A stretch of 7,943 nt of DNA from Paraspadella gotoi (lineage: Eukaryota > Animalia > Chaetognatha). Positions 1 through 6,802 of this stretch are shown here, one piece after another. Each line of letters starts with the position of its first letter. Position 1 is the first letter of the stretch. Position numbers and translations under genes: made by a program. The stretch spans positions 1-7,943 of the forward strand of contig JBJCIZ010000238.1 of NCBI GenBank assembly GCA_051294375.1, in the 5' to 3' direction. The notes below the pieces were generated by a model. That model made no database searches. It was not told the origin of the DNA and saw only the letters and a list, made by a program, of their open reading frames with translations.

Positions 1-18
1 TAAAATCAAAACACTTAC

Positions 19-24
19 CGACAT
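19..24 (-). CDS. Putative first coding exon (Met-Ser) of a gene that continues beyond the left edge; whole exon 19-34
   Basis: Minus strand reads ttttctcattccctcAG|GGCAAAAAAAATGTCG|GTaagt. This gives a pyrimidine-rich acceptor (AG at 36-35), an A-rich context before the ATG (24-22), a TCG codon, and a perfect G|GTAAGT donor (18-13) in phase 0. Product cannot be identified from two codons. Confidence 0.5.
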
Positions 25-205
25 TTTTTTTGCCCTGAGGGAATGAGAAAATGTTTATGTATAAAACTTTAGCCGAAATTTATTTTATTGGTTTAAAAGG
101 AGGGACACAAAAGATATTATTCCTATGATATTAAAATTTTCCCGGAGGATCTGAATCAAATATATATGATTTTTCACAAAAAGTGAAAACTGTTTAAATT
201 TGTTT

Positions 206-582
206 AAAAAACAAAAAAAAATATACACAGAAAAAAGAAAGAAAGATAAAGAAAGATAAAAAAGAGAAGAAAGAAAGAAGGGGAAAAGAACTAGGGAAAA
301 AACAACGAAAGATAAAAAGAAAAAAAAAGGAAGAGAAGGAGAGGATGGAGAGAAGAGGAGAGGAGGAGAGAGAGACTGGGAGAGAGAGAGTTGACAGTGG
401 GAGAGGGAGAGGAGAGAGAGAGAGAAGACGAGAGAGAGAGGAAGAGAGGGAAGAGAGAAGAGCGGAAGCAGAGATGACAGAGAGAGGAGAGGCAAGATAG
501 AGGACGAACAGAGAGGAGTAGATCTTGAGTGGAGGAGGAAGAGAGAGAGAGGAGACGCGATGGAGGAGAGAAGAGAGAGAGA
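206..582. repeat. Polypurine low-complexity tract grading from A-rich to (GA)n/GGA
   Basis: Almost only A and G on the + strand; generates the Leu/Ser/Phe-rich spurious ORFs 85..759 and 291..671. Confidence 0.9.
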
Positions 583-812
583 CGATTCAGGTGCCGACAA
601 CTCTGAAAGACCGAAGCGCCACCATCGGATCCGAACGCAGGCCGATGATTCGTTTCGGCCCCGTCGTTCAATCGTCGCTGCGGCGGCGGCGCGGCGGCGC
701 CATCCCGGTCCGCGCAGCGTGCCCGCAGCGGTCCCCGGCAGCTCTTCGCGGCTCTTCAATTACAGGAGACCCGACGTTTTGAAGACGAAATCGCAGCCGA
801 GAAGAGAAATCG
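583..812. promoter_or_regulatory. GC/CpG-rich island, possible promoter, enhancer or 5'UTR segment
   Basis: Abrupt GC- and CpG-rich segment between purine tracts, with (GCG)n at 681-699 and hairpin GGCCGA-N9-TCGGCC at 640-660. It lies ~550 bp upstream of the putative minus-strand start exon. Function is inferred only. Confidence 0.35.
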
Positions 813-1097
813 ATGGAAAGATAATAAAAAGTGAGAGATGATAAGAGAAGAAAAAAAAGGATCGAGAGAGGAAAAAGAAAGATAAACGATAGAAAGAGTG
901 GGGAAAAGTGAAATGAGATAACCGAGGGAAAAAATAAACCATAAAAAAATAAATAACAATACATGATAATACATATTTATATTGGGTTAATAAGTAATGT
1001 GGTTTTTTTATCTATGTTACCAATTTCAAATCTTAAAGGTGGGTTTAGCATTAAACTGAAACTTGGAGTTTGAACACAACAGAAATGAAGAGATGAA

Positions 1098-1340
1098 AGA
1101 TGACGGACCGATTGACGTGAAGAGATACGAACACGGTTGACAATGACACGACGACGACCGACCGATGCGACTCCTTATGCAGATGATTGATGGATTTACG
1201 ACAGAAGAAATAAAGAGAGACCGCCGCCATCCGGAATCGACCGCCAAGACGACCGACGACAGACGACGACCGACGGACGGACGACCGTCACGTCCCCCAA
1301 GTCCGTAAACGATCGTCTTGTGAGGGATATCACCGGCCAC
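1098..1340. repeat. CpG-rich segment with degenerate (GAC)/(GACC)/(GACG) simple repeats
   Basis: gacgacgaccgaccgatg (1150-1167) and gacgaccgacgacagacgacgaccgacggacggacgaccg (1248-1287). Confidence 0.7.
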
Positions 1341-1976
1341 CTCTTTACACAACATAACATAATTGAGTGAGCAATTTTGGTTTGGATGCATCGAGTACAT
1401 GGAATTCTTCCGTCGTCATTTGGGGTCAGATTCTCAAAAAGAATTAATTAATTAATTATATTCCAATCTGAATATTAAATATTTTTTTTTTTAATTCAAT
1501 TTGTGAATTTTTTGGATTAGATAGATATAAATATAACATAAATATGACCAATAAAAACGCATTTGGATAGACATTGTAGTAATGCGATGGAAGAAGAGTA
1601 AAGGAAAAATAAAATGACAATTTTAAAAGCTTGCCTCCGTCGCTGAATCAGATTGAGACAAAAAAAAAATCATTGTTGTAGTTTTTTTTTTTTCGCTATT
1701 CAAAAATGATATGAGGCTAAGGGAATCAAATTCGTTCTTTGCAAAAACTTATTTTTTAAAACCGATGTCCAATTGTCCATTGTTCAATTGCTGCCATAAC
1801 CTTATCAACAATACAAAATTGAACAACTTCTTGAAAAAATTGAAAGATATTTAAATTTTGCGGCATGCATTTTATTTATTTCATCGAATAAGTCCGCACT
1901 GTTATCTTGAGTAAAGTAATTTTTCACGAGACATATGATATATAATAGAAAGGAATGAGCTGAAAATGAATGAACC

Positions 1977-2367
1977 GAGAGAGAGAGACGATGAGAGAGC
2001 GAGAGAGAAGGAGGAGAGAGGGAGGAGTGAGAGAGAGAGAGGAGAGGGGGAGGAGGAGAGAGGAGTGAGGAGAGAGAGGAGGAGAGAGGAGAGAGAGAGG
2101 GGAGGAGAAGAGAGAGAGAGAGGTGGGAGGGAGGGAGGGGGGCGGGTGGGGGGGGGGAGGAGGCGGGGGTGGGGGGGGAAGTGGGGAGGGGGGGAGGGGG
2201 GGGAGGGGGATAGGGGGGGGAGGGAGAAGGAGGGAGAGGAGAGAGAGAGAGAGAGAGAGGAGAGAGGAGAGAGGTGAGAGAGAGAGAGAGAGAGGAGGAG
2301 AGGTGAAGAGGAGAGGAGAGGAGAGAGAGGATGGAGAGAGAGAGAGGAGAGAGGAGAGAGAGAGAGG
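1977..2367. repeat. Polypurine (GA)n/(GGA)n tract with a central poly-G core
   Basis: ~390 bp nearly free of pyrimidines on the + strand; many runs of 3-10 G between 2125 and 2224. Confidence 0.95.
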
Positions 2368-2780
2368 CGTCTTCTGCCATACGCATTCTAAGCATTCGTC
2401 TTGAAAATAAAAAATGAGATTCAAATTTTGCCGCCAGATTTTTTTAAAGTGGGCTTGTCGTCGTTGTCGTCGTTTTTCCTTGCATTGTAGTTCATTTCGT
2501 CTGTTCCTCATTCGTCACAAGATCGTCATCGTTTTTTGCCTTTGTTGTCAACGTCAGAATTTGGTCTCTGGATTTGAGAACTGAATTTTTAATGATTAAA
2601 ACAAAAACAATATTACATAGCCCCAAAGAGTACGATCCGAAAAGAATATTTCTCAGTCGCATTTCGTAATATTAAATTTTTTTTTTTTAGAGTAAGAAGT
2701 GAATGAACTTTATTACAAACGCCTATCTGTTTTTTTTAACCATAACAAATAATAGACAATAAATAATTTATTCTTATTAG

Positions 2781-3014
2781 AATCTAAGGGGACTGTTGTC
2801 ATTTTTGGGTCCAGATATGAAAGTGGGCCAAACTTCGTGAATGAACTCCTCTGATTTGGATCATCTTTGACAGAAGTCACGTATCACGTATCTCTTATCC
2901 TTTCACAACGCAAAATTTTATATTCAGCTAAACCACTTACACACATTGCATCTGCCTAAGCATGTAACTGGATGCTAAAGCCAGAATGACGAGCATATGA
3001 CTCAAGTTTAAAAG
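2781..3014 (+). pseudogene. Possible decayed two-exon gene fragment
   Basis: Acceptor ttattcttattAG (2779-2780), exon-like 2781-2880, 47-nt GT..ttttatattcAG intron (2881-2927), second exon-like block from 2928. Every frame contains stops and no product is recognised. Confidence 0.2.
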
Positions 3015-3219
3015 TTAAAAATAACGCTTACAGTATTTCTCCGCTAAAAAATGTTTATAGATAAAAGAAAAATTAATAGCTTACAGGATGAATGCGGAAT
3101 GGCGATTGATCTGAAAAGTTTCAATCTTTTATGGCTTTTTGATAACTTGATTACTATTGATTGCCAAATTTATTTTATATGATTAATAAAACCAGATGCT
3201 GTTTGGGCATCATGATAGA

Positions 3220-3260
3220 TCAGTCTGGTCAGTCTGGTCAGTATTTTGTTTGTCAGTCTG
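3220..3260. repeat. Short 9-bp tandem repeat (TCAGTCTGG)x2.5 plus a detached partial copy
   Basis: tcagtctgg tcagtctgg tcagt at 3220-3242; tcagtctg at 3253-3260. Confidence 0.8.
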
Positions 3261-3303
3261 TCCCACTTATATCATCAATTAAAAGAAAAAGAGGATCACG
3301 CTT

Positions 3304-3605
3304 AGAGCGAGAGAGAGAGGAGAGAGAAAGAGAAAGAAATGTAAAAGGAGGGGCTATGAATGAGGATAAGAGAGGAGAGAGAAGAAAGAAAAATATGAAG
3401 AGGAATGAGAAGGGAGGAGGGAGAGAGAGAGAAAGAGAAAGAAATGTAAAAAAGAGGGTCATGAATGAGAGATAAGAGAGATGTGAGAGAAGAAGACGAG
3501 AAGAAATGTGGAAAAGGAGGAACACGAATGACGAGGAGAGAAGGAGGGAGAGGAGAGAGAGAGAGAGAGAGAGAGAGAAAAGAGAAAGAAAGAAAAAAAA
3601 AAGAA
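3304..3605. repeat. Purine-rich tract containing a diverged tandem duplication (offset 105 bp)
   Basis: aaagagaaagaaatgtaaaa..ggg..atgaatgag(a)gataagagag at ~3327-3374 and ~3432-3480. Confidence 0.85.
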
Positions 3606-4228
3606 AAATAAGTTTGAGCAAACAGTGTCGGATCTGCCAGCAATAATTTAAATTATGGATGCGATGTTAAGGATTTTTCGATGCCATCACGATCGGAAAT
3701 CAATCAATCAGTCTATCAAAATGATCCAATGATGTGTGAGAGAAAGAGAGGAGAGAGACAAAGAGACAAACATACTAATCAAAACAGATCATAACATAAT
3801 AAAATGATGTAGATGATAATCCAATGATGAGAGAGAGAGGAGTTAATGTGTCTTTTTATTTTCATTTTCTGATTGGCACGATTCCATCAATCAAAACTTC
3901 ATATCTAGCTTAATCACAAACTTTCCGACACACATACAAAGTTTCATCTTGATTTCTATATCAAATTTTTAATAATTAAAGCATTTAACCAGTAAAAAAA
4001 AATTGGACTTTCGTTTTTTCATTTTTTTGATTCCAATCCATTAATCCATTAATTGGTGTTTTTTGCTAAGGTGGGACGGACCGACGGATATCATTTTTTT
4101 GCATAATTTATCATAACTCGATGTTCTGACTTGATATAAGTGTATGCCCGACAAGATTGAGAGGGCGGACCGACGGACAAAAAAAATAAATTATAAAGTG
4201 GGGATCTGTTAATAAGCAGATCCGACTA
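3606..4228 (-). mobile_element. Non-autonomous rolling-circle element, DINE-1/HINE-like (Helentron-associated)
   Basis: 11-bp subterminal inverted repeat GTCGGATCTGC (3627-3637) / GCAGATCCGAC (4216-4226). A partial third copy GGATCTG (4202-4208) makes that end self-complementary. Short stem-loop GTTTG-AG-CAAAC (3612-3623) lies outside the other subTIR. Both ends abut A runs (T runs on minus) with no evident TSD. Internal GGAC-type simple repeat cggaccgacgga occurs twice (4077-4088, 4166-4177). No ORF. Confidence 0.6.
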
Positions 4229-4253
4229 AAAAAAAGATAGAAATTTAAAAAGG

Positions 4254-4258
<5 letters not shown>

Positions 4259-4310
<52 letters not shown>
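4259..4310. repeat. (GA)n microsatellite
   Basis: ~26 GA units with two AA interruptions. Confidence 0.95.
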
Positions 4311-4311
<1 letters not shown>

Positions 4312-4392
4312 CGGGAAAAAAAGAAAGAGAGAAATGTAAAAAGTAGGTTTACGAAAGAGGAGGATTTGAGAGATATGTAGATTATTTTAATG

Positions 4393-4407
4393 NNNNNNNN
4401 NNNNNNN
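4393..4407. other. Assembly gap (15 N)
   Basis: N run. Confidence 0.99.
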
Positions 4408-4586
4408 ATTTTATAAGCGCTGCTAGAAAAGAGCTGTCATTCGAAAAACGCATAGGTATTTTTTCATCCTGAAAAATTCTGATTATTTTTTTCTTTCTAA
4501 AAAAAAATTATCAGGCGCTTATGGCAACAGCCGGGTTGCTTACGATGCCCATTGGGATGGGACATCTCACAGTTGGCTTTGGGGGC

Positions 4587-4596
4587 NNNNNNNNNN
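4587..4596. other. Assembly gap (10 N)
   Basis: N run. Confidence 0.99.
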
Positions 4597-4672
4597 CAGT
4601 GACGCCTCCAGTCACTGGCGTTGTTACCCTAGGACGGTCTCCCTTTGCCAACGCAGAGTGAAGTCGTTGGAT

Positions 4673-4682
4673 NNNNNNNNNN
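4673..4682. other. Assembly gap (10 N)
   Basis: N run. Confidence 0.99.
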
Positions 4683-4756
4683 GATGGTGGACGTGAGGTG
4701 GTGTGAATATACCCCCACCCGCTGCCTTTTCTGAATCGTTTAAAAATGAGTTCAGG

Positions 4757-4823
4757 CTCTCTCTTTCTCCGTCTCTCTCCTTCTCCGTCTCTCTCCGTCT
4801 CTCTCTCTGTCTCTCTCCATCTC
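4757..4823. repeat. Imperfect (CT)n microsatellite with a recurring TCTCCGTCTC subunit
   Basis: ctctctctttctccgtctctctccttctccgtctctctccgtctctctctctgtctctctccatctc. Confidence 0.9.
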
Positions 4824-5262
4824 GCTACATGCTTGAAAGATAGGCTAGACCCAACAGATCGGAATCAGTGCATGATCGCTGTAATATTTATTTGACTTAT
4901 ACAATATACAGTAAATATCGCAAATAAATAAAAAAATATAAAAATAATTCAGACAGCGCCGTGTTTATTTCCAGTATTTTTTAGTCAAGACCTTTATGGA
5001 TTTTCTTTGTTCCGGCGCGTTGGATAGACCAAACACTGCAGTTTCAGAAATCATCCATGGTTTTGTAATATTTACTGCGCTACTGGTGCAAAAATTGCTA
5101 GGAACCAAAATTATCAGAAACCGCTTCTTTCGGATTTTTTTATAAGCGCGGTGCGACATATCTATGTAAATCTGCAAATCTGCAAATGGCTTCTACGTAA
5201 GCTTCTGATTGATTGATTGGTAGAAGAAAACCGACGACAACAACAAGGAAGGAAACGATTAA

Positions 5263-5598
5263 AACGACGGCATAGATGACTACGAAGAGGACGTCGTAGA
5301 GGACGTCGTAGACAACGTCGAAAATGACGACAAGACGATAACGAAGACGACAAAAACGACGTCGACGATAATGACGACGAAGACAACAAAAATGACGATG
5401 AAGAGGAAGACAAAACTGACGACGAAGAAGACCACAAAGAAGACGACAAAAACGACGACGAAATTGACGACAAAGAAGACGACGAAAACGACGGAAAGAC
5501 GATGACTTCGAAAATGACGAAAACGATGTCGAAGACGACGAAAACGAAGATGAAAATGACGATGAAGAAGACAGGAAGATAAAGAAGTCGACGAAAAT
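5263..5598. repeat. Degenerate triplet/12-mer minisatellite (consensus ~GACGACGAAAAC)
   Basis: Long run of GAC/GAT/GAA/AAC/AAA triplets; exact 12-bp duplication gaggacgtcgta x2 (5287-5310); triplet register slips at ~5332, ~5496 and ~5573. Confidence 0.85.
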
Positions 5599-5611
5599 GG
5601 GTGCTGTCCAG

Positions 5612-5643
5612 CTTCTCTCTCTCTCTCTCTCTCTTCTCTCTCT
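5612..5643. repeat. (CT)n microsatellite
   Basis: cttctctctctctctctctctcttctctctct. Confidence 0.95.
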
Positions 5644-6227
5644 GTACGATCTCTTGCGTGATCTTTTGAAAAATTCTTATTATTTTTTTCCTTCTACCAG
5701 TAAACAATGTCGAGAAACATGACTAATAACGCGTTTCGATTGCAACGGAAACGTTACATGGTATAAAAAAATCAACATGACCCAACTTCACACGGCAGAA
5801 ACATTACGCTCTAATTTTATAAAACATAAATTACATTATTTACAATATCATGCAATGTCACATGTGCATCAGCTAATGTGACAGGTAGGCGATACCTTCT
5901 GTATTTCAGCCACCAATCATAGTACAATCATAAAAGTTTTTTTTTATTGTGATGAAAAATTAAGTTAGAATTTGGTTGGACAGGTTTTGACAAAATCTTT
6001 ATTCGTCGATTGAATAATTTTTTCTGTGCATCCAAAAATTTGGTAACCTGATGCATTTATTAAAAATATAAATGGTTAGAATTTATGTATCTATCACTTT
6101 ACAATGTAATTATTTTTCTTTATTACCTTAGATGTCCAATCATTTTAAATATCTTTTAATTATTATAGTTATACCTTAAAACAATTAAAATAGTTAAAGA
6201 TTTCTTATCATTTCAAAAATTGCTTAC

Positions 6228-6675
6228 TTTTTTCAAAAACTGACAGACCCCCTCAATCAGTTGGGATGTACCTCACCTTGAGTATCGCTCAGAATACTGC
6301 TGTTACTGAAAAAATTCTTTTTTTTAATAAACTAAATAATTTAAAAAATAATATTGATATTCTTAAACATTTCCACTGTACTTTACCATATAGAAAAATA
6401 ATCCAACAACTTGCATACTTTAAAATATCTTTTTTGCTCTGCTTTGATCTCTACTTCCTTGATGAAGCGCAAAAATATTGACAGTCCCAACATTATAGTC
6501 TTCCAGTTTCAAATTTCTGAGATATAAAAAAATTAATATTAATTTGAATTGTTCATTAAACCTTTCCTTGGAAATTCCATGTCAATTGATACTCTTTATA
6601 AATCAGCACTTATAATGGCACATTCCTCCCTGAGATTTTCTTCAGTCTTCAATTCTTTTAAAAACTACCAGGGGC
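6228..6675 (-). pseudogene. Decayed intron-containing gene fragment, three predicted exons (6675-6562, 6516-6419, 6305-6228)
   Basis: Minus strand shows tttcttattAG|exon|GTtt..45 nt..tatctcAG|exon|GTatg..113 nt..ttttttcAG|exon|GTaag. Hand-counted GC is ~36, 32 and 42% in the exons versus ~16 and 19% in the introns. Only 2 CpG in 290 exon nt. All three spliced frames contain several stops. Confidence 0.45.
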
Positions 6676-6802
6676 CTAATAAGAAATAAATCGACTTTAA
6701 GTCGATAAAAAACATAAAAAAAGCGCATAAGAAAAATCTGGATTGACAAATTTTGATACTAAAAAAATCAAATTTGAAAAAAAAAAATTAATTTATAAAC
6801 AT

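Larger units (their letters stand above)
4515..4730 (+). ncRNA. Unassigned GC-rich multi-hairpin segment; candidate structured RNA or SINE/retroelement-derived repeat
   Basis: Five consecutive stem-loops (4523-4540, 4544-4566, 4597-4617, 4648-4670, 4685-4724) followed by TTTT (4727-4730). About 55-60% GC in AT-rich surroundings. Interrupted by two 10-N gaps. No match to an RNA family I recognise. Confidence 0.3.

Noticed and set aside
640-660. GGCCGAAAC on the minus strand, similar to a hammerhead core
   Set aside because: No CTGANGA element at the required position on either strand.
85-974. Cluster of ORFs on both strands (85..759, 291..671, 525..782, 560..841, 668..964, 756..974, 760..942)
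   Set aside because: They are open because GA/CT tracts and the GC island lack stops; the translations are low-complexity L/S/F or R/E and overlap in multiple frames.
1033-1042. TTAAAGGTG, similar to a Kolobok/TTAA-type transposon end
   Set aside because: No matching inverted terminus in the window.
2415-2424. Seed-like matches to conserved miRNAs (TGAGATTCAA here, TCCCTGAGA at ~6627, GTGAGCAA at ~1367)
   Set aside because: Only 8-10 nt match, the 3' halves diverge, and no precursor hairpin is evident.
1805-2511. Pro/Ser/Leu-rich and Gly/Arg/Glu-rich ORFs resembling extensin or formin FH1
   Set aside because: Direct translation of the GA/poly-G tract in several frames at once; no codon structure or flanking domain.
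2954-2961. GCCTAAGC, like a TTAGGC telomere or telomerase template
   Set aside because: A single 8-mer is expected by chance; no array or supporting structure.
3161-3643. ORFs 3161..3475, 3253..3621 and 3302..3643
   Set aside because: Derived from the GA-rich repeat; no recognisable protein.
4597-4635. GCC-TCC...GGC similar to the HDV-like ribozyme P3/L3
   Set aside because: Loop is too long, P1 is mismatched, and the GG for P1.1 and the J4/2 C-N-R-A/P2 elements are not found.
4622-4652. Minus-strand TTGGCAAAGGGAGACCGTCCTAGGGTAAC resembles the 5S rRNA box C region (TTGGATGGGAGACCGCCTGGGAATAC)
   Set aside because: Needs several indels in ~30 nt and the rest of 5S is absent; not callable as 5S or SINE3 without a model search.
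5162-5707. 181-aa minus-strand ORF with a hydrophobic stretch and poly-Ser
   Set aside because: Antisense reading of the GAC minisatellite; composition changes exactly at the register slips.
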